Below are positions 22,943 to 31,089 of a DNA stretch of 32,000 nt, one piece after another (position 1 is the first letter of the stretch; each line of letters starts with the position of its first letter). The stretch spans positions 3,630,001 to 3,662,000 of the forward strand of contig NC_010814.1 in the NCBI RefSeq assembly GCF_000020385.1, written 5' to 3'. The notes under the pieces were generated by a model, which saw only the letters and a list, made by a program, of their open reading frames with translations, was not told the DNA's origin and did not search any database. This DNA comes from Trichlorobacter lovleyi SZ. Its GTDB lineage: Bacteria > Desulfobacterota > Desulfuromonadia > Geobacterales > Pseudopelobacteraceae. The position numbers were made by a program, and so were the translations under genes.

Positions 22943-23791
22943 TCAGTTCACCAACCTGCAGACGATGCCATGTTTGCTTAAATATTGTTTTAACTCTACT
23001 ATGGAAATTTCTGAAACTCTTGAAAAGCTTTTTCCGCTCCTCAGAAAGTCGAGATTTCCTTCGACCGGATTCATATCAGCAGACAGTTTTTTTGCATAAT
23101 AATGAAACATTGAAGCCACCGCAGCCGCTCTAACATCTGACGTTGCAAAAACCTCCCTGACATGTTCCGGCTTGCCTGCTCCTCCATGAGCAATGACAGG
23201 AATTGATACTGCTGAGACTACCCGGTTTATAAGATCCATATCATAACCATCGCCTGTACCCTCCGCATTAATTGAGGTCAGCAGGATTTCACCAGCCCCC
23301 AGCTCTTCAACTCTTTGGACCCAGGAAACCGCCTCAATGCCTGAAGACTGCCGTCCATTCTCAGTGTATGCTATTAACGAGTTATCATCATTTCTGACAA
23401 CCTCAACAGCGACAACTATTGTTGATGAGCCAAAGACCCTGACTGCCTGAGCAATAAAATCAGGATTTTCTATAGCAGCAGTATTAATGCAAACCTTATC
23501 CGCTCCTGCTCTGAGAGCTTTCTGGATATCATTGAGCGTCCGTAAACCGCCAGCTAGCGTGATCGGAATAAAAACACTCCGACTGGTCTCTGTCACAAGA
23601 TCAAGAATGCTGTTTCGCTGATAAAGACTCGCAACAATGTCAGAATAGATCAGCTCGTCAGCTCCATTTTCGTAATAGTAGTGAGCAAATGCGATGGGAT
23701 CACCAAGCACGCGCAGACCCTCAAGATGTATCCCCTTGACAAGATTCGGCCCTTTAATGTCCAACCTCGGGATTATTCGTACCGGTTTCAC
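22943..23791 (-). CDS. hisF: HisF-like cyclase subunit (WbuZ-type, glycan amidation-associated)
   Basis: RIIPRLDIKGPNLVKGIHLEGLRVLGDP..A..YY.NGADELIYSDI, PITLAGGLRT, GADKVCINTAAIENP, GAGEILLTSINAEGTGDGYD, PVIAHGGAG. The GTG start forms a GTGA overlap with the upstream gene. Confidence 0.8.
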   Translation of the reverse strand: MKPVRIIPRLDIKGPNLVKGIHLEGLRVLGDPIAFAHYYYENGADELIYSDIVASLYQRNSILDLVTETSRSVFIPITLAGGLRTLNDIQKALRAGADKVCINTAAIENPDFIAQAVRVFGSSTIVVAVEVVRNDDNSLIAYTENGRQSSGIEAVSWVQRVEELGAGEILLTSINAEGTGDGYDMDLINRVVSAVSIPVIAHGGAGKPEHVREVFATSDVRAAAVASMFHYYAKKLSADMNPVEGNLDFLRSGKSFSRVSEISIVELKQYLSKHGIVCRLVN

Positions 23792-24534
23792 TGGTGCTTC
23801 TCAAAGGCGTTATCGCCTGACAACTGCTCTGCCAGCAATATCTCACAAAGCTTCAACTCCAGGCTGGTATCTATATCTATGGATTTTTCCCTAGCCATAA
23901 CATGAGCATAGACATGATCTTTCAGGAAAAAGGTTTGTTCCTTCAGTAGCTGAACCGTCCTACATAGGTAGATGGCTCCGTTTAACCGGTAGTATGTTTC
24001 CAGTTCCTGGCTTCTTTTGTACTTCACGTCCTCCCTGAGAAATGTGCGCATGGACAAATCGTCAGGAAGCGTATTACACCACAGTGGACTATGATCAAGT
24101 TCGCTCACAGAAATTACGGAATCTGCATTTTTTTTACGCAGGAATACCATTGCATTATCAATGTCCTCTCCGCTCCGCAATGGTGAAGTAGGCTGTAGCA
24201 GCGCGACATACTCAAACAGCTTTCCTTCGACCTCTTTATAGTAGTCAAGGGCATGCCTTACTACCTCAAAAGTGCTTGTATCATCCCGCGCCAATTCACA
24301 GGGGCGCATGAACGGCACCCGTGCCCCCCATGCTAGCGCTACCTGAGCTATTTCATGATCATCGGTCGAGACCATCAGCTCATCTATACAGTTGGCTTGT
24401 AAACCGGCCTGTATGGTATACGAGATCAAAGGCTGTCCCACCAACGTGAGCAGATTTTTGCGCGGCAACCGCTTACTTCCACCCCTGGCCGGAATCAGGC
24501 CGAGTACGCCACATTTTTTATGTGTCATATCCAT
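23788..24534 (-). CDS. Acylneuraminate (nonulosonate) cytidylyltransferase, CMP-sugar synthetase family
   Basis: GLIPARGGSKRLPRKNLLTLVGQPLISYTI...VSTDDHEIAQVA..WGARVPFMRP.ELA.D. I chose the start at ATG 24534 (MDMTHKK), 4 nt after the upstream stop, rather than the 24633 extension, which would overlap the radical SAM gene by 95 nt. Confidence 0.8.
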   Translation of the reverse strand: MDMTHKKCGVLGLIPARGGSKRLPRKNLLTLVGQPLISYTIQAGLQANCIDELMVSTDDHEIAQVALAWGARVPFMRPCELARDDTSTFEVVRHALDYYKEVEGKLFEYVALLQPTSPLRSGEDIDNAMVFLRKKNADSVISVSELDHSPLWCNTLPDDLSMRTFLREDVKYKRSQELETYYRLNGAIYLCRTVQLLKEQTFFLKDHVYAHVMAREKSIDIDTSLELKLCEILLAEQLSGDNAFEKHQ

Positions 24535-24538
24535 GAGC

Positions 24539-25993
24539 TTAATCCAAAAACATGGTTTTCTTACTGACTCGCTTAACACCAGCATTGACTGAACAAATAA
24601 GGTTCTCATCAGGAATAGTAAGCGACAGGTCATTTCTGATCTGTTTTAAATGATTCAACGTACAGCTATACAGCTCATCATCCGTAAGCTGCGACATGTT
24701 TACCTTGAGATACTGCTGTTCCCCTATATCTAATACATACTCTTTTTCATCCTTTATATAGCCATCCCTGATGGCACGATCATAGATTTCTGATCCAGGT
24801 ATTGGCAGAAGAAAACATACACTGGGTAAAATTCTGTTCTCCAGACAAACAGTAAATGTTCTGGCAATGTCCTCTGCAGTTTCAGTAGGATATCCAACTA
24901 TTACATTGGTGCCTGAACTTATTCCTGCAGCATCAAGAACACGTTTTTGGGCAGAAAACTCCTCGACTGATATCTGCTTATTCATCAGTTCTAAAATCCG
25001 AGGACTTCCGGATTCAAGTGAGTAAAAAAGACGCGTGAATCCAGCTGCCTTCATACGATTGACCAGCGCCAGATCATTATCTCCGAATAACCCAACTCTG
25101 CAAATGGCCTCAATGGTTATCTTTAATCCCATCGTGTCCAGTTCATCAAGTAATTGCACCACATCAGACTTATTTAAAAAAGAAAGCTCATCAAGAAATT
25201 TAAAATGATTAATGGCATAACGATCATGCAACCCTTTTATCATGGCCGCAACAAAAGCCACAGAGTGCCTACGGTAGGGGTTATGTGTTTGAATAAGCTG
25301 GTTATTACTACAAAATGTGCAGCGATAGGGACAGCCGCGAGTCGTTATTACAGGGAAAAATCTCTGATTTTGAAAAACACCTAAGTGATGGCTGAGGAGC
25401 TTACTGCCAGATTGGACATACGCCTCAACATCAAACAAATCCCAATCTGGAACCCCCTTCTGATCAAGCGAAAACTCCGGTTTTCTTGTGGCTGCTGAGT
25501 GTATTCCCTCTTGGTCTTTATATGCCACTCCTGGAATATCTGCAAAACTCTTACCCTGTTTAATCCGTTCAAGAACATCCACCAGGGCGAATTCACCTTC
25601 TCCCCTAATCGCAACGTCGGCGCAGGTCCAACGCAACACCGCATCGTTTTTAAGCATAGTCGCGTACCCGCCAACCACTATGCATGTTCGGGGACATACT
25701 GTTTTAATCAGTACGGAAAGTTCTTCCATTTGCCACAGTGTATGAACCATCCCACCAAAAGCTATAACATCATACTTCTCTTGATAAATTTGCTCTACAA
25801 ATTGAGAGCGATACATTGGTGTAACTGAAAAATCCAGCAAATCAAACTGATAGCCGCATTTTTTTACGTGCGTCATAACCTGACAGAGGCCAATGTTAAA
25901 GTAAATGAGAGTCTTATCCCGGCTCCAATCAGGTCGAGGATTTAAGTTGACAAACAAAATACGAGGATTGGTGGGAGCTGATGAATCTAACAA
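24539..25993 (-). CDS. B12-binding-domain radical SAM enzyme (class B type)
   Basis: N-terminal cobalamin-binding-like Rossmann region (ILFVNLNP...YDVIAFGGM...CIVVGG). Radical SAM core VITTRGCPYRCTFCSN (CX3CX2C). TTG start at 25993 is supported by a strong AAGGAG 8 nt upstream. No in-frame ATG lies before the conserved N-terminus. Confidence 0.8.
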   Translation of the reverse strand: MLDSSAPTNPRILFVNLNPRPDWSRDKTLIYFNIGLCQVMTHVKKCGYQFDLLDFSVTPMYRSQFVEQIYQEKYDVIAFGGMVHTLWQMEELSVLIKTVCPRTCIVVGGYATMLKNDAVLRWTCADVAIRGEGEFALVDVLERIKQGKSFADIPGVAYKDQEGIHSAATRKPEFSLDQKGVPDWDLFDVEAYVQSGSKLLSHHLGVFQNQRFFPVITTRGCPYRCTFCSNNQLIQTHNPYRRHSVAFVAAMIKGLHDRYAINHFKFLDELSFLNKSDVVQLLDELDTMGLKITIEAICRVGLFGDNDLALVNRMKAAGFTRLFYSLESGSPRILELMNKQISVEEFSAQKRVLDAAGISSGTNVIVGYPTETAEDIARTFTVCLENRILPSVCFLLPIPGSEIYDRAIRDGYIKDEKEYVLDIGEQQYLKVNMSQLTDDELYSCTLNHLKQIRNDLSLTIPDENLICSVNAGVKRVSKKTMFLD

Positions 25994-27510
25994 AAAACTG
26001 TCTCCTTAGTCTCTATAGAATCCTGCCGGATATCATAGTTACGGAAGATACTCTTGTTTTTCATGACAGAGCGAATTACAGAGCAAACCTTATCCACATC
26101 ATCTAGTCTGATATTATTTGAAGTAGGCAGGCTCAGACCGCTAGCTGACAGCCAATCCGCATTGGGAAAATGGCTATCGACCTGATCGGAAAACGGGGGT
26201 TGCTGGTGCAGAGGATAAAATAAGGGGCGTGTATCTATGCCATGTACCGCGAGGTGCCTCATGAGTGTGTCACGACAAAGACCTGATTGTTCTTGATCAA
26301 TAAGAATTGAATAAAGCCAATAGATATTTTTGGCCCATATTTCCTGTGGGGGAAGATGAATACCCTGGATATCTTGCAGTTGTTCAGCATAGCGTTTCAC
26401 CACTATTTCTCGATGCTGCATAAAAACATTGATCTTTTCCAGCTGCGCTAAGCCGATAGCTGCTTGCAAATTTGTAAGACGGTAGTTGAACCCAGTCACA
26501 AGATGCCAGTACCTTTTCTCACGGGTCATGCCATGGTCACGAAGCAGCCGCATCTTGTTATACAATTCAGCACTGCCGGTAGTGACCATGCCCCCTTCTC
26601 CCGTAGTGATCACCTTGTTCGCAAAAAAACTGAAGACCCCAATATCTCCGATGCTACCAACCATACGCCCCTTGTATTCCGCCCCCAAAGCTTCGGCACA
26701 ATCTTCTATGACATAAAGCCCGTAACGTCGTGCCACTTCCATGATTGGATCCATATCACAAGGATGGCCATAGAGATGTACCGGAATTACTGCTTTTGTC
26801 CGGGTCGTAATACAGGCCTCGACAAGGCAAGGGTCCATTGTCCATGTTGTCCGGCAGACATCAACAAATACCGGCTTTGCTCCACACAGAACCGTCATGC
26901 TGGCTGGAGCAATAAATGTCAGATCAGGAATTATGACTTCATCTCCAGGCCCAACCCCCAAGGCCGCCAAGGCAAGATGCAGTGCCGCAGTACCATTCGA
27001 AACACTTAATGCATGTTCCAAACCGAGATACATTCCAAAAGACTCTTCAAAACGCTCAACGTACTTTCCTTGTGAAGATATCCAGTTAGTAGCAAGACAG
27101 TCCAGAACGTATTCTACCTCCTTCCCCTTCAGAACCGGCTCCATAACCGGAAGCCGCCATAAATCAGCAAGCCTCAAAATATCAACCACATGCCCGGCAG
27201 CGTCTAAAATAGGAAGACTACAGATTTTTTCGTCAAGGAGGGCAATATTCTCTGTTTTTTCCTTTGGTAACGTACCGAAAATATAATTTCGATTCATGTA
27301 CTGCTCAGCTGGATCACAGATCGAGGCACCATGCAGTAATGCACGTCGGACATCACTATCCGTAAGCAGCCCCCTCATGACCTGATCACAATCGATAAGG
27401 AACACCACTCCTTTTCCGTTTCTATCAAGAGCAGCAAGAACATCCCTCAATGTTACATTTGTCGCTACGATCAAAGCAGAAAATTCATTTTCCATAACAA
27501 CAAACTCCAT
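25987..27510 (-). CDS. CBS-pair domain fused to a DegT/DnrJ/EryC1-family sugar aminotransferase (PseC/LegC-like)
   Basis: N-terminal ~120 aa hold two CBS motifs (VTLRDVLAALDRNGKGVVFLID..QVMRGLLTDSDVRRAL; SLPILDAAGHVVDILRLADL). Then YVLDCLATNWISSQGKYV..FE..F, SVSNGTAALHLALAALGVGPGDEVIIPDLTF, and FSFFANKVITTGEGGMVT (PLP lysine). The start is uncertain: GTG 27528, ATG 27510 or ATG 27495. Confidence 0.8.
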   Translation of the reverse strand: MEFVVMENEFSALIVATNVTLRDVLAALDRNGKGVVFLIDCDQVMRGLLTDSDVRRALLHGASICDPAEQYMNRNYIFGTLPKEKTENIALLDEKICSLPILDAAGHVVDILRLADLWRLPVMEPVLKGKEVEYVLDCLATNWISSQGKYVERFEESFGMYLGLEHALSVSNGTAALHLALAALGVGPGDEVIIPDLTFIAPASMTVLCGAKPVFVDVCRTTWTMDPCLVEACITTRTKAVIPVHLYGHPCDMDPIMEVARRYGLYVIEDCAEALGAEYKGRMVGSIGDIGVFSFFANKVITTGEGGMVTTGSAELYNKMRLLRDHGMTREKRYWHLVTGFNYRLTNLQAAIGLAQLEKINVFMQHREIVVKRYAEQLQDIQGIHLPPQEIWAKNIYWLYSILIDQEQSGLCRDTLMRHLAVHGIDTRPLFYPLHQQPPFSDQVDSHFPNADWLSASGLSLPTSNNIRLDDVDKVCSVIRSVMKNKSIFRNYDIRQDSIETKETVFC

Positions 27511-27511
27511 T

Positions 27512-28393
27512 TCAGTATGGACAGTCACCCGACATCTCTATGATCAGGCATCTAAGTTCCAACAGTTCTTCCAACGAGCGGCAGTTAACCTCAAGCACTA
27601 TCGGCACAGATAACAACTCCTTGAGATGCGGCATAAACCATGCCTGCCGATTAAAAGCACTATTTGTATCCCTCACCCCATCGTTATCACTCAGGTGCAA
27701 GCATCTAATAAATGCCTTCAGCTCATCAAAATATGCTTCAGGCCGCTGATCTAATGAATTGGCTGTCACTTTAGCATGACCAACATCCAATAAAAGCCCT
27801 ATCCCCAAATGCCCGAATTCGTTAAAAAAGCCTTGTATTTCATAAACATCAGCCAGCAACATCGGGTATTCCCCATTGCTTGAAACATTTTCTGGCGCCA
27901 CAACATTATTCTCAATAAGCAGGCCAACCTTATTTTCAACCGCATATGAGGCAAGTTGGCGGACTGCCTGTATGAATGCTTCATACGCCGTTCTCTTTTC
28001 AACCCTTGAGCTTGCAGCTAATTTAGCCTGTATCACAGGGTCCCCCAACATATCGGGTTCCATTTCAAGAGCAAAGCCAGCATGGACACTATAAAAGGGA
28101 GATCCTAGAGCAGCACAAAGATCTATGGCAGCCATGCAATGCTTAATACTTCGTGCATACGTATCTTGGTTAAGAGAGGCCAAGTTTAGAGTAAAAGGAA
28201 CTTCAGGAGGGGGAAAGTAATTGTGTACCAACAAGTTGATTTCTGAACGCGATTGAAATACCGGTTCAAGCATGTTGGATACAAACGGCAATGCAGAGCT
28301 TAGCTCAAGCGGTAAATTATATTTGCATGCGAGCCTTACAATATCACGTAGGCCCATTCCACGAAAACACCCCGTCGAGCAATAACAGTTCAT
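27512..28393 (-). CDS. Xylose-isomerase-like TIM-barrel protein (sugar phosphate isomerase/epimerase family)
   Basis: YSVHAGFALE, GLLIENNV, LLLDVGHAKV and CLHLSDNDG are the four metal-ligand segments typical of the AP_endonuc_2/xylose isomerase-like fold. ATG 28393 overlaps the upstream TGA by 1 nt. Confidence 0.7.
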   Translation of the reverse strand: MNCYCSTGCFRGMGLRDIVRLACKYNLPLELSSALPFVSNMLEPVFQSRSEINLLVHNYFPPPEVPFTLNLASLNQDTYARSIKHCMAAIDLCAALGSPFYSVHAGFALEMEPDMLGDPVIQAKLAASSRVEKRTAYEAFIQAVRQLASYAVENKVGLLIENNVVAPENVSSNGEYPMLLADVYEIQGFFNEFGHLGIGLLLDVGHAKVTANSLDQRPEAYFDELKAFIRCLHLSDNDGVRDTNSAFNRQAWFMPHLKELLSVPIVLEVNCRSLEELLELRCLIIEMSGDCPY

Positions 28394-28860
28394 CACCGTT
28401 CACTCCAGCGTCTCTCCATAATGGTGTGGCCAGTACGTCTGCATATCTCAACGGGCACAAAACCAGCATCTTCATATGTCTTGCGAGCATAATGATTCTC
28501 TGGGTGTACCTTCAGCATCATTCTGTCGATACCATTCAAACGACACCAACTAATGCAGTATTCCAAGGCAAATCTCGCAAGTCCTTTACCTGAATAGGCA
28601 TGCGAGATGTAAACACCGAAGGAAGGGCGCTGGTACCCTTCATCAAATCCCCTCAGCATAAACAAACCGATCAGTATATTGCCAAAGCCAATCCCCCAGT
28701 AGCGATCCTGAACCACCGATCCAAGGCGCACTGCGAGACTTTTTTCGTCCGCGTCAAAGGGTATAAAATACTGTTTATAGTCATTCGAATCCGATGACAA
28801 TAGCCTGGAAAGTGCTGCAGCATCGGACTTGGCGAGTCGCGCCACACTCAAGTCCTTCAT
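28393..28860 (-). CDS. GNAT-family N-acetyltransferase (PseH-like position)
   Basis: GNAT core YISHAYSGKGLARFALEYCISWC...IDRMMLKVHPENHYARKTYEDAGF. I chose the start at ATG 28860 (MKDLSVARL), which forms an ATGA overlap with the NeuB-type gene. Confidence 0.7.
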   Translation of the reverse strand: MKDLSVARLAKSDAAALSRLLSSDSNDYKQYFIPFDADEKSLAVRLGSVVQDRYWGIGFGNILIGLFMLRGFDEGYQRPSFGVYISHAYSGKGLARFALEYCISWCRLNGIDRMMLKVHPENHYARKTYEDAGFVPVEICRRTGHTIMERRWSER

Positions 28861-29933
28861 CGCCGTTCTCCACACATGGTCCACGTAATCATAGTATCTT
28901 GCTCAATATCGTTCGTCGCCACACATCCTAAAATTTCGGATAGCAAAGCAGGGCGAATCCCTCTGCCGGGTCGTTTGAATGCAAGCATCCCCAGCTCAAA
29001 CACTTCACCGGCTTTGATGTGTCTTGCAGCCACCAAACTTCGTCGCATGTTCACCGCGTTCAACACCTCGGCTTCACATGGTTCCTTCACTCCCGAGCCC
29101 AGAGACTCTTCAGCGTCGCGGATAGCACAACAAAGTCGCTGAAATTCTACCGGGGTTGCTGAAGCTGCATGGTCAGGTCCTGGCAGGCTTTTATCCAACG
29201 TCAAGTGTTTTTCTATAACCCTTGCACCAAGCCCAATTGCGACAAGACAGGCAGTATCAGACTGGGTATGATCGGAATAACCGACCTCCGTGCCAAATGC
29301 TGCTTTCATGACAGGAATAGTTAAGAGATTTGCATCCTGAATCCTTGACGGATAATTTGTTGTGCACTGCAACAGTACGAGCTGGTGATTCCCGGCATTC
29401 CTGATCGCCTCGACGGCAGTAGCCACCTCTGCCAGTGTCGCCATACCGGTAGAAAGATAGATTGGCTTGCCAGTGGCAGCAACAGCATGCAAAAAAGACG
29501 GTTCAACTATTTGCCCTGACGCAATTTTATAGGAGGCAACACCAAGTTCTTCAAGAGATGCAATGTCGGAAAAGCCATATGGAGTTGAGAGGAAGTCAAT
29601 TTCCAATCTCCGGCAATAATCCATCAGCTCTTTATGGTCCTCAAAGCTCAACTCAAGCTTCTTTAACATCTCGAGTTGCGACTCTTGTTTGTCAGTGACA
29701 GCAAGCTGATATTTCGCCTTTGGAGCTGTTCTCGTCACAACGTTTTCGGCTTGAAACGTCTGAAACTTCACGCAATCAGCCCCTGCCTGTTTAGCAGCTT
29801 CCACAAGTTTTTTAGCTAGCTGCATGCTGCCATTATGATTTACACCAGCTTCTGCTATTAGATAGATGTTATTACCTTCAGAAAATTGTATTTTGGGCAT
29901 TGAAACATCACTTTCTATCTTCTGATATATCAT
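28857..29933 (-). CDS. neuB: NeuB-family nonulosonic acid synthase (N-acetylneuraminate / legionaminate / pseudaminate synthase) with C-terminal SAF domain
   Basis: YLIAEAGVNHNGSMQLAKKLVEAAKQAGADCVKFQTF, YKIASG, STGMATL.EV, LLQCTTNYP, GYSDHT, and the SAF-like tail RSLVAARHIKAGEVFELGMLAFKRPGRGI. The start may be ATG 29900 (MPKIQFSEGNNIYLIAE) rather than 29933; neither has a strong SD. Which nonulosonate is made cannot be decided by eye. Confidence 0.85.
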   Translation of the reverse strand: MIYQKIESDVSMPKIQFSEGNNIYLIAEAGVNHNGSMQLAKKLVEAAKQAGADCVKFQTFQAENVVTRTAPKAKYQLAVTDKQESQLEMLKKLELSFEDHKELMDYCRRLEIDFLSTPYGFSDIASLEELGVASYKIASGQIVEPSFLHAVAATGKPIYLSTGMATLAEVATAVEAIRNAGNHQLVLLQCTTNYPSRIQDANLLTIPVMKAAFGTEVGYSDHTQSDTACLVAIGLGARVIEKHLTLDKSLPGPDHAASATPVEFQRLCCAIRDAEESLGSGVKEPCEAEVLNAVNMRRSLVAARHIKAGEVFELGMLAFKRPGRGIRPALLSEILGCVATNDIEQDTMITWTMCGERR

Positions 29934-29968
29934 TTTGGCCGCATGAGAGATGACTTATTTATGTATCG

Positions 29969-29983
29969 GCAAATAGTTTACCA
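29969..29983 (-). promoter_or_regulatory. Candidate sigma-54 (-24/-12) promoter for the large operon
   Basis: The minus strand reads TTGGTAAACTATTTGCC: TGG-N9-TTGC with the canonical GG-to-GC spacing, about 36 nt upstream of ATG 29933. The conserved C after GG is a T here, so the match is imperfect. Confidence 0.25.
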
Positions 29984-29985
29984 AT

Positions 29986-30008
29986 CTGAATGAGTTGAAC
30001 TCATTCAG
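29986..30008. repeat. Perfect 11-bp-arm palindrome CTGAATGAGTT-G-AACTCATTCAG (operator or terminator-like hairpin)
   Basis: Read directly from the sequence. Arms 29986..29996 and 29998..30008 are exact reverse complements. The palindrome abuts the candidate -24 element, and no U-tract follows it on either strand. Confidence 0.6.
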
Positions 30009-30147
30009 CCTATGTGTTTATCAACTAAACTCCAAAAACCTTTTCCAGCAGACACTCCATCTCATCGTCTATCCCCACATGCCCTGTGTATCATGACATG
30101 AATGCCATACCTCCATATAGTCGGCATTGGAGACGCTCCCCATTTTA

Positions 30148-31038
30148 TCAATGCGGTGCAGCAATTTTTGTCAGCACTGCGGTAAATTCCTGGCGGCCAC
30201 AGGGTGTATCGTAAACCACCACCGGATAGAGATCCAGCAACTCAAGCGAATGAAGCAGAGTTACAATAGACCTGAATGTATCAGGAACAAATTGCCATGC
30301 ATGGACATCAATATATGAACCTTGCGCATTCTTGTATAGCTCTATCGCTGCGTGTATCCGATTAACCAATGCATCTCTGAAGCCCGGATCTTCGTGATCG
30401 CCCTCCCAATGCCGTTGGATGTCATTGTGAGTGGCAAGGGCACCATATTCAATAACACTGGCAAGTATGTGCCTGGTTCTCTGTTCCTGAAATGCATATA
30501 AAACGTCAGCGATAGTCGACTCAGGGATAAAGTGATCGAAACAATACCGTTTATCCGGAATGGCCAGGAAGTAAAAGCCGCCGGGGGGGAGAAGCTGTGC
30601 CACCTGCCTGAGATGCGACAGAAGGCACGGCTGATGCTCAATGACATGTGCGCTGAATACCGCCTGAAAGGTATCACATATGGTTGAAAGATCTCCGTCA
30701 GGAGATACATAGTGAATATGCGGAATTTCTGTTACAGGAAGGTTATGTTCACGGGCGCGTTCACAGAGTCCGTCGTAATCCAGGACATCAAAGTAGCGCA
30801 CATTCGGTCCGACAAGTGACGGCCTGTAAAAGGGACCGATTTCTAAAATGCTCTCCAGTTGGCCGGCAATCTGGACCAGGACCTCCCTGAAGGCGGCAGC
30901 GGCAGCAGGCCGCCCTTCTGCCCTGCCGATACTCTCATAATGATGATAGAGCTCATCATCACCCAGCAGGCCAAGATCTGGATTTGTTGATCGATAGTAT
31001 TCCGGATCAAATTCATCCGGGCGTATCGGATGTGCCAT
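30148..31038 (-). CDS. Putative SAM-dependent methyltransferase-like protein
   Basis: 296-aa ORF; ATG 31038 is preceded by GAGGA. ILEIGPFYRPSL...VRYFDVLD and LLPPGGFYFLAIPD resemble class I methyltransferase motifs I and post-III. The N-terminal FDPEYYRSTNPDL...HHYESIGRAEGR motif is common in glycan-modifying proteins. It contains a G7 tract (30583..30589). Confidence 0.45.
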   Translation of the reverse strand: MAHPIRPDEFDPEYYRSTNPDLGLLGDDELYHHYESIGRAEGRPAAAAAFREVLVQIAGQLESILEIGPFYRPSLVGPNVRYFDVLDYDGLCERAREHNLPVTEIPHIHYVSPDGDLSTICDTFQAVFSAHVIEHQPCLLSHLRQVAQLLPPGGFYFLAIPDKRYCFDHFIPESTIADVLYAFQEQRTRHILASVIEYGALATHNDIQRHWEGDHEDPGFRDALVNRIHAAIELYKNAQGSYIDVHAWQFVPDTFRSIVTLLHSLELLDLYPVVVYDTPCGRQEFTAVLTKIAAPH

Positions 31039-31089
31039 ACCGTCCTCACAACGTGCGTTTCATCACCAGTTAATACCGGTTTCAGACTG

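Noticed and set aside
29986-30008. Calling the palindrome a rho-independent terminator for the upstream methyltransferase-like gene
   Set aside because: The 11-bp stem would have only a 1-nt loop, and no U-tract follows on either strand. It is kept as an unexplained palindrome or possible operator instead.
31039-31089. Sigma-54 promoter upstream of the 30148..31038 gene (CTGGTGATGAAACGCA on the minus strand)
   Set aside because: The GG-to-GC spacing is one nt short of the canonical spacing and there is no TTGC -12 element.
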